Assembly (NCBI GenBank): GCA_965602015.1
Contig: OZ271918.1
Span: 800,001 to 864,000, forward strand
Length of the DNA: 64,000 nt
Source of the DNA: Salinispira sp.
Lineage (GTDB): Bacteria; Spirochaetota; Spirochaetia; DSM-27196; Salinispiraceae
Direction: 5' to 3'
Of the stretch, positions 48,395 to 57,222 are shown one piece after another (positions within the stretch are counted from its first letter, which is position 1; each line of letters starts with the position of its first letter). A program made the translations under genes and the position numbers. The notes under the pieces were generated by a model. That model was not told where the DNA came from. It made no database searches and worked only from the letters and a program-made list of their open reading frames with translations.

Positions 48395-49656
48395 TCCATT
48401 TGTTTAGGCTGACCTTGTCACTGCGGCAGATCATGAGGAATTTCTCATTGTACGTTCTGATAATCCTCGGTCTTGCGATCTGTTTCGCCTTTCTGATCGT
48501 CAGCAATATCATCCATGAAACGATACAAGTCCACTATTCGCAGTTCACCCGATCTGAAGACTACTATGCGTTTTTTCTTGATGGGACATCCGCGGAATTC
48601 ACTTCTGATGATCAGCCCGTATTTGATCAGGCGTTGAGTTTCGATTATTCCGACTTCCTCTACCTTTCGTCGCTATTGCCGACGGAAAATGATCTGAAGT
48701 TCTATATCCGGATAAATAGTACGTTATTCGGGCCAAACCTTGAGGATGAGGTGAAGAACCTGGTAGTGATTTTGGCTGCCGACCCGGTTTTTGCATCGAA
48801 GTATCAATTCGATGGGGCTGTTCCGGCATTTTTTTTCTTTGGTACCGAAGTGCTTGCCACCTTGCTGCGATATAGTTCGCAACCCCTTAACGGAGATTTT
48901 CCATTTAGATACGATAAGCGAGCGCAAAGCTTTGATTTTTTCGGCAGACAGATTAATAGAGACGCGATAGTCGACATCTCAGGTAGCTCCGATTCGCCGG
49001 ACCGACCTTTATTGGTTTTTGCGAACAATGAATATCATTCAAACCCCTGGAATGACGTAATCTTCGCTTCACTTGACGTTGATGGGATGGCAATTGAGCG
49101 GCAACTGGAAGAATCCGGATACCGATTCGCCAAAAGCCTGAGCATCGGCAATACGGCATTTTATGAAAATTCCGATACAAATGCGCTCTTTCTTGAATAT
49201 CTCAACCGGAAATACGCAGATCAGTACCGATATAGATTTATTCAGCCGGTGACGGTGTACCAGCCGAGAATCGATGAGGCCATGTTCTATGTCCGCCTCC
49301 TCAGAATCTTCGGCATCCTCAGTATCGCGATTATGGTTGCGAATACTGCTAATACGTTCTCCGCACTGTTTCTCACCAGGCAGCCCGAGATCAAACTCAA
49401 ACTGTGTCTCGGCGCTTCACTCCTGGGGATTTCCATTGAATGGCTGTTCGAGCTGATGATCGTTATCGCAGCGGGATTCGTGCTTTGCGCAGGGCTGCTG
49501 ATCATCGTCTCTCCGGTGGTGGTCGAACAGTTGGATGTGCGGCTGTCCGTCAACTATTGGGATATTCTGATGCTGGTTCCGGCGATCTCACTGCCAGTAT
49601 TGTTGACGATTACAGGTCCAATACTGGCTATCGACCGGATGAGGCCGGGTAAATGA
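48391..49656 (+). CDS. ABC transporter permease (MacB/FtsX-like)
   Basis: ATGA overlap with the previous gene; N-terminal TM; R..EIKLKLCLGAS motif and C-terminal TMs. Confidence 0.75.
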   Translation: MIHLFRLTLSLRQIMRNFSLYVLIILGLAICFAFLIVSNIIHETIQVHYSQFTRSEDYYAFFLDGTSAEFTSDDQPVFDQALSFDYSDFLYLSSLLPTENDLKFYIRINSTLFGPNLEDEVKNLVVILAADPVFASKYQFDGAVPAFFFFGTEVLATLLRYSSQPLNGDFPFRYDKRAQSFDFFGRQINRDAIVDISGSSDSPDRPLLVFANNEYHSNPWNDVIFASLDVDGMAIERQLEESGYRFAKSLSIGNTAFYENSDTNALFLEYLNRKYADQYRYRFIQPVTVYQPRIDEAMFYVRLLRIFGILSIAIMVANTANTFSALFLTRQPEIKLKLCLGASLLGISIEWLFELMIVIAAGFVLCAGLLIIVSPVVVEQLDVRLSVNYWDILMLVPAISLPVLLTITGPILAIDRMRPGK

Positions 49657-49669
49657 CAAGGGGAATTAA

Positions 49670-50338
49670 ATGATACGGCTTGAAAACGTCCACAAGGATT
49701 ATACCGATGTAACCCCCCCATTGAGGGTAATTAAGGGGATTGATATGCAGATTTCAAGAGGGGACTTTGTCACGATATCCGGAAGATCAGGTAGTGGAAA
49801 ATCGACGATATTGAATCTTCTGGGTTTGATGGATCGAATTGATTCGGGCTCGTACAGTTTCAATGGAGCGGAGGTGTCGCAGCTCAACCATCGGCAGATG
49901 GCTGAATTTAGGAATCGGAATATCGGGTTCGTTTTTCAGTCCTTCAATCTGATTTCATCGCTGAACGTAATAGAGAATATCGAATTGCCGTTGGGATATG
50001 GGAACGTGAAACGAGCGCTAAGGAAAGCAAGGGCTTATGAGCTCCTACGAGAAGTCGGATTGAGCGGAAAGGAAACCATGCATCCGCATCAACTTTCGGG
50101 CGGACAACAACAACGTGTTGCCATTGCTCGGGCATTGGCGAACAACCCAGATGTGGTGCTCGCCGATGAGCCGACGGGAAACTTAGATTCCGTCACTTCG
50201 TCGCAAATTCTGGATTTGTTTTCTAAACTTCATAAGTCTCTGAATAAAACCTTCGTCATAGTGACTCATGATTCCGAGGTAGCTCAATACGCCGATAGGG
50301 AAATTATTATTAATGATGGACTTATTTACAAGGAGTAA
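49670..50338 (+). CDS. ABC transporter ATP-binding protein (LolD/MacB type)
   Basis: [48 protein letters not shown]. Confidence 0.96.
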   Translation: MIRLENVHKDYTDVTPPLRVIKGIDMQISRGDFVTISGRSGSGKSTILNLLGLMDRIDSGSYSFNGAEVSQLNHRQMAEFRNRNIGFVFQSFNLISSLNVIENIELPLGYGNVKRALRKARAYELLREVGLSGKETMHPHQLSGGQQQRVAIARALANNPDVVLADEPTGNLDSVTSSQILDLFSKLHKSLNKTFVIVTHDSEVAQYADREIIINDGLIYKE

Positions 50339-50510
50339 TTGAAATGAAAAAGAGCTGTTGGCTGGTTATTGCCTTTGTTGGATAGGTGATTTCAGCTCCT
50401 GTGACGAGCTCATCCTAGACATGGGATCAGATACCCTCCTGCTACAGCAAAGCTGCCGGTCACCCCTCATATCCCTTGAAAATCTGGGATAAACCGCTAC
50501 AGTGTGTCGT

Positions 50511-51203
50511 ATGAGCAGTCCGGTTGCCGCGTATATACCGTTGTTAACATCCCTCATACTCTTTAAGGGGATCAGTCCAGAGCTTCTCACCCGGTATTTG
50601 GAACGCTGCGCATGCTCGATCAGACATTACCGGGAATCGGAGGTTATCGCCCTTTCCGGAGACCCCCTCGAAGAGCTGCTTATTTTGGTTGATGGCCGCC
50701 TGAGCGCGGATTTCTTGTCAATCGAGGGACGCAGCCTCAAGGTTGAAAATCTGCAGCCACCGGCCCTTGTGGGCAGCACGGTTCTCTTCGCCGAAGATAA
50801 TGTTTTCCCGGTTCAGCTGACCGCGGTCATCGATTCGGTCATCATCGCCATATCCAAGGATGAGCTGCTGCGGATGGTCATGAATGATCGGATCATTCTG
50901 GAAAATCTCCTGCGGGATTCGGGCAACCGCCTCAGATTCCTCGCGGACAAGATTAAGTTTATACAATTCGACTCAATCGAGAAAAAGACTGCGGGATTTT
51001 TGATCGATCTCAATCGAAGAGGAAGAACCGCGGAATTTTCCCTGCCGTACAGCGTTCAGGAGCTCTCCGAGCTCTTCGGGGTGGCCCGGCCCTCCTTGAG
51101 TCGGGTCCTGGGGAATCTCGAGTCCCAGGGGATAATTGCAAAAAGCGGAAAAACCGTACGCATCCTCGACAGCGACGCCCTTAGCCGCCTTCTCGACGAG
51201 TAG
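50511..51203 (+). CDS. Crp/Fnr-family regulator (HcpR-like)
   Basis: cNMP-binding-like N-terminal domain; C-terminal HTH ELSELFGVARPSLSRVL; next to hcp cluster. Confidence 0.88.
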   Translation: MSSPVAAYIPLLTSLILFKGISPELLTRYLERCACSIRHYRESEVIALSGDPLEELLILVDGRLSADFLSIEGRSLKVENLQPPALVGSTVLFAEDNVFPVQLTAVIDSVIIAISKDELLRMVMNDRIILENLLRDSGNRLRFLADKIKFIQFDSIEKKTAGFLIDLNRRGRTAEFSLPYSVQELSELFGVARPSLSRVLGNLESQGIIAKSGKTVRILDSDALSRLLDE

Positions 51204-51221
51204 AGAATAATTATGATCTTT

Positions 51222-51235
51222 GTAACATAGGTTAC
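51222..51235. promoter_or_regulatory. HcpR-type binding site
   Basis: GTAAC-ATAG-GTTAC upstream of the Fe-S gene; same motif upstream of hcp. Confidence 0.75.
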
Positions 51236-51290
51236 GGCTATGTGAGTCTGGCTCAGGTATACTCTCAAAAAACAGAAAAGGCGGTAGGCC

Positions 51291-52226
51291 ATGATACGGG
51301 ATATCATCCAGATTGACGAAGAACTTTGCAATGGCTGCGGAAATTGCGTCCCGGGCTGCCACGAAGGCGCGTTGAGAATAATTGACGGGAAGGCCCGGCT
51401 AATCAGCGACCTCATGTGTGACGGTCTGGGGGCCTGCGTGGGCCATTGTCCCACCGGGGCTATGACGGTGGTAAAACGTGAGGCAGAGGCTTACGACGAG
51501 GGCAAAGTGATGACGGAAAATATCATTCCCGCAGGCGCCAATACCATTTCCGCCCATCTATCCCATTTGCTGGATCACGGTGAAACCGAGTTCTATGATC
51601 AAGCCATTGCGGTGTTACGAGAGCATAATATCGATATTCCCGCCCACGGCGAAAAAGACGCAATGCCAGCCATGAGTTCGGGATGTCCGGGTACCGCGGC
51701 ACGAAGTTTTTCTCCTGCGGCAGATTCCCGGCGGCATCCGGTTACCCGGGGCCGACAGACCGTTATTCCGCCGGTTTCCGATTCCGCGGGGGGGCCGGCT
51801 TCTGAGAACTACTCGCCGGGTAATGAGGCTATATCTTCACAGCTTGGACAGTGGCCGGTCCAGCTGCATCTGCTTAGCCCCGCTGCCCCGTACCTCAAAA
51901 AGGCGGACCTGCTGCTTGCAGCGGACTGTACTGCCTACGCCATGGGCGACTTTCATCAGCGCTATCTCAAGGGAAAGAGCCTTGCGATTGCCTGCCCGAA
52001 ACTTGACCAGGGACAACAGAATTACATCGATAAACTTACTGCCATGATTGAACAAGCAGAGCTCAATTCCATCACTGTTCTGATGATGGAGGTGCCCTGT
52101 TGCGGCGGACTGCTGATGATGGCCCGCAGCGCTGTCCGCCAGGCATCGAGAAAACTGCCTATCAAGAAGGTCATCGTTTCCATCCGGGGTGATATCCTCG
52201 ACGAACAGTGGGTGCTGGATCCCTAA
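51291..52226 (+). CDS. 4Fe-4S ferredoxin-domain protein
   Basis: CNGCGNCVPGC, CDGLGACVGHCP, GCPG, QWPVQL, AADC, ACPKLD, MEVPCC. Confidence 0.88.
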   Translation: MIRDIIQIDEELCNGCGNCVPGCHEGALRIIDGKARLISDLMCDGLGACVGHCPTGAMTVVKREAEAYDEGKVMTENIIPAGANTISAHLSHLLDHGETEFYDQAIAVLREHNIDIPAHGEKDAMPAMSSGCPGTAARSFSPAADSRRHPVTRGRQTVIPPVSDSAGGPASENYSPGNEAISSQLGQWPVQLHLLSPAAPYLKKADLLLAADCTAYAMGDFHQRYLKGKSLAIACPKLDQGQQNYIDKLTAMIEQAELNSITVLMMEVPCCGGLLMMARSAVRQASRKLPIKKVIVSIRGDILDEQWVLDP

Positions 52227-52976
52227 ATGGTGAATAGTTCGCTTTACCGGCGCATCGCCGACGAGTACGCCGACCTATTTCCTTCTTCCCCCGAAAAGAT
52301 AGCATTCGCCGAGTCTTTAGTAAGCGAAACCCCGGCTGTACGGATTCTCGACATCGGATGTGCCAGTGGCGAGTTTTGCGTTTCCCTGCACAAAGCTGAT
52401 AGGACCATACGAGGCATAGATCTCGATCCTGCAATGATAGAAGCAGCCAGAAGGCATGCCGCCGAGTCCGGAGCACCTGAGATGACGTTTACCCAATCGG
52501 AAATGCTGGAGTATCTCTGCTCGGCGAAAACCGATTCAATGGATGTTATTTTTTGCATGGGGAATACCGCCGCCTACCTTACTGATCGTGAAAGCATACT
52601 GGTTTTTTTTGAGAACTGTCTCCGGCTTCTGTGCGCCGGCGGTACTCTGGTATTACAGCTTCTCAACTATGACAATCATGTGTTTGCTCCGGGGTATGTG
52701 TTTCCGCCGTTAACGGGCACTAGTCTGCATATGTACCGAAGTTACCTGCGCGCAGAGTCTTCAGAACATCTGGAATTCCACACAAAAGTCACTGATAGCA
52801 AAGGAACTACTGTCATTGAGGACCGGCATATTCACCGTAGGACCGGTAGCGATGAAGTAGAAGCACTGGGGCGTGAAGCAGGATTCGAAATGGTGAGGAT
52901 TTTCGGCGGATATTCCCGCAGCAAGCCCAGCGACGGAGATTTTTTCCGCCTTTTTTTACTCAGTTCTCCACGTTAA
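52227..52976 (+). CDS. class I SAM-dependent methyltransferase
   Basis: ILDIGCASG, GIDLDPAMI, FCMGNT. Confidence 0.9.
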   Translation: MVNSSLYRRIADEYADLFPSSPEKIAFAESLVSETPAVRILDIGCASGEFCVSLHKADRTIRGIDLDPAMIEAARRHAAESGAPEMTFTQSEMLEYLCSAKTDSMDVIFCMGNTAAYLTDRESILVFFENCLRLLCAGGTLVLQLLNYDNHVFAPGYVFPPLTGTSLHMYRSYLRAESSEHLEFHTKVTDSKGTTVIEDRHIHRRTGSDEVEALGREAGFEMVRIFGGYSRSKPSDGDFFRLFLLSSPR

Positions 52977-52977
52977 A

Positions 52978-53001
52978 CAGCCCCCGGCTTCCCGGGGGCT
53001 G
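52978..53001. terminator. hairpin terminator between convergent genes
   Basis: CAGCCCCCGG-CTTC-CCGGGGGCTG. Confidence 0.65.
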
Positions 53002-53022
53002 AATTGGCAGTTCTCTGCTGCC

Positions 53023-54651
53023 TTAGCGAGCGGCCATCATTGCTTCGACGTCTGCGGCGACCTCGCCGGTTGCCTTTATGTTGAATTTTTCCACCAACAC
53101 CTTTGCTACGTTGGGCGAAAGAAAGGCCGGAAGGCTGGGTCCGAGCCGGATTCCCTTCACTCCCAGATGAAGCAGCGCCAATAGGACGGCGACGGCTTTC
53201 TGCTCATACCAGGCGATGTCATAGGATATGGGCAGATCATTAATATCATCCAGGCCGAAGGCCTCTTTGAGCTTGAGTGCTATGAGGGCCAGGGAGTAGG
53301 AATCATTGCACTGTCCCGCGTCTAAAACCCGTGGTATCCCGCCGATTTCACCCAGATCCAGTTTGTTGTACCGGTATTTGGCGCAGCCGGCGGTGAGAAT
53401 AACCGAATCCGATGGCAGCGCCTTCGCAACATCGGTGAAGTAACTCCGCCCTTTCTGCCGTCCGTCACAGCCGGCCATAACGATGAACCGGGAGATGCTT
53501 CCGTTCTTTACCGCGTCCATTACCTTGTCCGCAAGAGCGCCGACCTGAGCATGGGCGAACCCGCCGACGATGCGGCCGGTCTCAATTTCTTTCGGAGGGG
53601 GGCAGCTTTTGGCCCGCTCGATAAGGGCGGTGAAATCCTTCGATCCGTCCTCCGCCTCCTCGATGTGAGAAACCCCCGGGTAGCCTGCCATCCCGGTGGT
53701 AAAAATCCGGTCGCGGTAGCTCTCTTTCACCGGAACAATGCAATTAGTAGTCATAAAGATGGCGCCGTTGAAGGTTTCGAATTCCGAGGATTGCTTCCAC
53801 CAGGCGTTCCCGTAGTTTCCGACGAAATGGGAGTACTTTTTAAAGCCCGGGTAGTAATTGGCCGGGAGCATTTCCGAGTGGGTGTAGATGTCCACCCCGG
53901 CATCTGCGCTTTGCTCCAACAGCTGTTCAAAGTCTTTTAAGTCATGGCCGGAGACGAGAATTCCCGGCCGGTTTCCAACGCCGATATTCACCTCGGTTAT
54001 TTCCGGGTTTCCGTAGCTTTGGGTATTCGCCCGGTCCAAAAGGGCCATTCCGGCGACGCAGGTTTCGCCGGTTTTGAGAACCAACGCAGTGAGGGCGTCG
54101 GGATTCGACTCGATTACCAGGGTCTCAAGGGCTTCGATCATAAAATCCCAGACGGTCTCATCTTCGAAACCAAGGACCGACGCATGGGTCACATAGGCCG
54201 CAAGTCCCTTGAGGCCGTAGGTCGTGAGTTCTTTGAGGCTGCGGATATCTTCATCCGGCTCGGATAAAACGCCGATTTTACTCGCCTTTTCTGCCCATTG
54301 GCCTTCTTCAACTGACCAGCTTGCGCAATCATGGGGGAACTCCGCCCCGGCTTCATGCAGGCGAGTCCGGATTTCCAAGACTTCCCGGATAAGGGCCGCG
54401 AGTCGCTCATCATCGAAGTTGGCGTTGGTGATGGTTGCAAACAGCGCTCTGGCGATAAATCGGCTTACAGATCCTTTTTGACCGGGATCTATCTGGGAGT
54501 TTTTCGCCGCTGCCCCGGCGAGTCCCGCTACGCCTTTGAGGGTGTAGATGAGCAGATCCTGCAGGTTCGCCGTTTCTCCGGCTTTACCGCAGACGCCCCG
54601 AATTTCACATCCTGTCCCCTTTGCGGCTTCCTGACACTGATAACAAAACAT
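53023..54651 (-). CDS. hcp: hybrid cluster protein (hydroxylamine/NO reductase)
   Basis: MFCYQCQE...GC...[39 protein letters not shown]. Confidence 0.97.
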   Translation of the reverse strand: MFCYQCQEAAKGTGCEIRGVCGKAGETANLQDLLIYTLKGVAGLAGAAAKNSQIDPGQKGSVSRFIARALFATITNANFDDERLAALIREVLEIRTRLHEAGAEFPHDCASWSVEEGQWAEKASKIGVLSEPDEDIRSLKELTTYGLKGLAAYVTHASVLGFEDETVWDFMIEALETLVIESNPDALTALVLKTGETCVAGMALLDRANTQSYGNPEITEVNIGVGNRPGILVSGHDLKDFEQLLEQSADAGVDIYTHSEMLPANYYPGFKKYSHFVGNYGNAWWKQSSEFETFNGAIFMTTNCIVPVKESYRDRIFTTGMAGYPGVSHIEEAEDGSKDFTALIERAKSCPPPKEIETGRIVGGFAHAQVGALADKVMDAVKNGSISRFIVMAGCDGRQKGRSYFTDVAKALPSDSVILTAGCAKYRYNKLDLGEIGGIPRVLDAGQCNDSYSLALIALKLKEAFGLDDINDLPISYDIAWYEQKAVAVLLALLHLGVKGIRLGPSLPAFLSPNVAKVLVEKFNIKATGEVAADVEAMMAAR

Positions 54652-54712
54652 ATGTACCTCCTAAAGCTTCTGGTAGTGCTCTCACTACCATAGGTCCGTT
54701 AGCCTCAGGGGT

Positions 54713-54730
54713 CGGTAACATATGTTACCG
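54713..54730. promoter_or_regulatory. HcpR-type binding site upstream of hcp
   Basis: perfect palindrome CGGTAACATATGTTACCG. Confidence 0.8.
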
Positions 54731-54790
54731 TAAAGGAACATTTATTTTTTTACGCTAAAGAGGAAGCTGCGCCGCTAAGGGTTTACGAAA

Positions 54791-55261
54791 TCAGTGTTTT
54801 TCCAGAGCCGCCGACGGATCGCGCCGGTAGTCGGCGATAAAGGTTGAGACCTTGGCTTTTATCTCCCTCATCACCACTTTGGTGCCCGCAAGGCGTTCAT
54901 CATGGTTTCCGCTGAATGAAGAGGGATCCTTGAACGGCCAATGCATCCGTTTCTCAGTGCCGGGGAAGAGGGGGCATTTTTCCGCCGCCTCGGGATCGCA
55001 GACGGTAATCACATAATGGTAGCTCTTCCCGGCGTTATAGAGAGCCAGGGCGCTGCGGGTTTTTTTACCGGAAATATCGATGCCTTCGTCTTGTAATGCT
55101 TCGACGACAAATGGATTGAGCGTACCTGGCTCGATTCCCGCGCTCTCGGCGATGAACAGATCGCCGGCATAGTTTTTAAAGAACTCCTCGGCCATCTGAC
55201 TTCTGGCGCTGTTGTGAATACAGACAATCAATACGGTCTTTTTCATAGAGTCATTAGACAT
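54791..55261 (-). CDS. arsC: arsenate reductase (LMW-PTP fold, thioredoxin type)
   Basis: CIHNSARSQMAE P-loop; VC......CP; HWPFKDP; overlaps acr3. Confidence 0.9.
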   Translation of the reverse strand: MSNDSMKKTVLIVCIHNSARSQMAEEFFKNYAGDLFIAESAGIEPGTLNPFVVEALQDEGIDISGKKTRSALALYNAGKSYHYVITVCDPEAAEKCPLFPGTEKRMHWPFKDPSSFSGNHDERLAGTKVVMREIKAKVSTFIADYRRDPSAALEKH

Positions 55262-56324
55262 GTGCTTCTCCTTTTGCATGTCGGTCGGTAAATGAGGCTC
55301 GGGTTCTGTTTGCAAAATTCACCAGCAGAAGCATTATTGGCACTTCTACCAGGACTCCGACAACCGTCGCCAGGGCCGCCCCGGAGTCCAGCCCGAACAA
55401 TGCGATTGCCACGGCTACCGCCAGCTCGAAGAAGTTGCTGGCACCGATGAGGGCCGCCGGTGCTGCAATGTCGTGGCTGGTTTTCCACAGATATGCCCAG
55501 AAATAGGCCGCGGCAAAAATCAGGATGGTCTGGAGAACGAGGGGGATGGCAATGAGCGCGATGTCCGCCGGATTGTCCAAAATCGTCTGACCCTGGAACG
55601 AGAAAATGATCACCAGGGTGAGAAGCAAACCGGCAGTGGTAACGCCGCTAAACCGCTTGATAAACACATTGTTGAAGTAATCGCTGCCCTTTTTGCGGAT
55701 AACGTGTATTCGGGTCAGAGCGCCAAGGGTCAGGGGAAATACGACGAAGAGGATCACCGAAAGAATGAGGGTATCAAAGGGCACCGAAATGTCGCTTATG
55801 CCCAACAGGAAGGCGACGATGGGCGTGAATGCCACCAGAATCACCAGGTCGTTTACCGCAACCTGGAGAACCGTAAACGCCGGGTTTCCCTTGGTGAGAT
55901 GACTCCAGACAAAAACCATCGCGGTACAGGGTGCGGCGCCCAACAAAACGGCTCCCGCAATATACTGCCGGGCGGTTTCATCGGGAATCCAGGATGAGTA
56001 CAAGACCTTGAAAAACAGCCAGGCGATGGCGAACATGCTGAAGGGCTTGATAATCCAGTTTGTCACCAGGGTAATGGCCAGGCCTTTCGGCACCCGCAAA
56101 TGCTGGCGAAGCGAGGTGAAATCCACCTTCATCATCATTGGATAAATCATGAGCCAAATGAGTACGGCGATAGGTATGGACACATTGGCGTATTCCAGGG
56201 TGCTCAGAGCCCGGGGAAATGCCGGAATATAGACGCCGATGAGAACGCCGGCAGCGATGCATACCAGTACCCAGAGAGACAAAAACTGTTCGAAAAAGCC
56301 GATTTCGGCCTGCTGTTTAGACAT
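55254..56324 (-). CDS. acr3: ACR3-family arsenite efflux transporter
   Basis: LIWLMIYPMM, NWIIKPF, APCTAMVFVWS, ASNFFELAVAVA, GVLVEVP. Confidence 0.96.
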   Translation of the reverse strand: MSKQQAEIGFFEQFLSLWVLVCIAAGVLIGVYIPAFPRALSTLEYANVSIPIAVLIWLMIYPMMMKVDFTSLRQHLRVPKGLAITLVTNWIIKPFSMFAIAWLFFKVLYSSWIPDETARQYIAGAVLLGAAPCTAMVFVWSHLTKGNPAFTVLQVAVNDLVILVAFTPIVAFLLGISDISVPFDTLILSVILFVVFPLTLGALTRIHVIRKKGSDYFNNVFIKRFSGVTTAGLLLTLVIIFSFQGQTILDNPADIALIAIPLVLQTILIFAAAYFWAYLWKTSHDIAAPAALIGASNFFELAVAVAIALFGLDSGAALATVVGVLVEVPIMLLLVNFANRTRASFTDRHAKGEAHV

Positions 56325-56355
56325 GGGGGCTCACCTACAATTAGATATATAGCGA

Positions 56356-56401
56356 AATGTAGAATAAGCAAATTGATTAATCAAGAACCCCATGATAAAT
56401 T
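56356..56401. promoter_or_regulatory. overlapping divergent promoters for acr3-arsC and arsR
   Basis: palindrome TTGATTAATCAA (56373-84) supplies TTGATT on both strands, each 17 bp from a -10 (TAAATT on +, TACATT on -). Confidence 0.6.
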
Positions 56402-56408
56402 TCCGGCG

Positions 56409-56741
56409 ATGCAGCAAAGTATTGAGCAATTAAAAGCCCTCGGAGAGAGCAACCGTTTTCGTATCATGATGATGCTGAGATCCAGGCCGCTTTGCGTCTG
56501 TGAGCTCCTTGAGATTCTCGATGTCAGCGGCGCCACCATGTCCAGTCATTTAAAGACCCTGAAATACGCTTCGCTTGTGGAGAGCAGACGGGACGGTAAA
56601 TGGATTGAATACCGCATCGCCGAGGACGCAGGTTCCCTCGTCGAGTACCTGTATGCAAGCTGCGAAGATACCGCACAAATCGACGAAGATTCCCGACAGC
56701 TCAAAATCATTGACCGAAGCGTCTGCTCAATCAAATCCTGA
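56409..56741 (+). CDS. arsR: ArsR/SmtB-family repressor
   Basis: KALGESNR.RI, LCVCEL As(III) motif, SSHLKTL, RRDGKWIEY. Confidence 0.92.
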   Translation: MQQSIEQLKALGESNRFRIMMMLRSRPLCVCELLEILDVSGATMSSHLKTLKYASLVESRRDGKWIEYRIAEDAGSLVEYLYASCEDTAQIDEDSRQLKIIDRSVCSIKS

Positions 56742-56856
56742 TTTCACCGGCAGCAGTTACTAATCTCTAATGGAAGCTTGTTTGTTACGGCCGTATCGTT
56801 TGCTATTGCAGTCTCTACTGTTATTCCCGTCATTTTTATTAACGCTGTCTCTTTTG

Positions 56857-57222
56857 CTACGGGCGTTCCTGAAGGAGGGAAATTATCGCGCTGCTGTGAA
56901 GGGGTTTTTCAAGATACCCGATTGGCGACAGGTTCATGGCGTGGGCCATGGTGTCGGAATCGGGGTACCCCGACATAAATATGATTCCCGTGTCGCTGAA
57001 CTCCCGAATTCTACCCGCGGCCTCTATGCCGTTGAGGTATCCCGCCAACCCGATGTCCATCAGAATTACATCGGGCAGCTGTTCACGGGCCACCTCCACG
57101 GCATCCTCACCTCGGGAGCATATTTTAACCACCTCATATCCGGCGGCCGCCAGCTCGCGCTGCAGGCACATTGCCGAAAAAAACTCGTCCTCCACAATGA
57201 GCACTCGCCAGTAATCACTCAT
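56857..57222 (-). CDS. single-domain response regulator
   Basis: LIVEDE, ILMDI (phospho-Asp), FMSG, EKP; no output domain. Confidence 0.92.
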   Translation of the reverse strand: MSDYWRVLIVEDEFFSAMCLQRELAAAGYEVVKICSRGEDAVEVAREQLPDVILMDIGLAGYLNGIEAAGRIREFSDTGIIFMSGYPDSDTMAHAMNLSPIGYLEKPLHSSAIISLLQERP

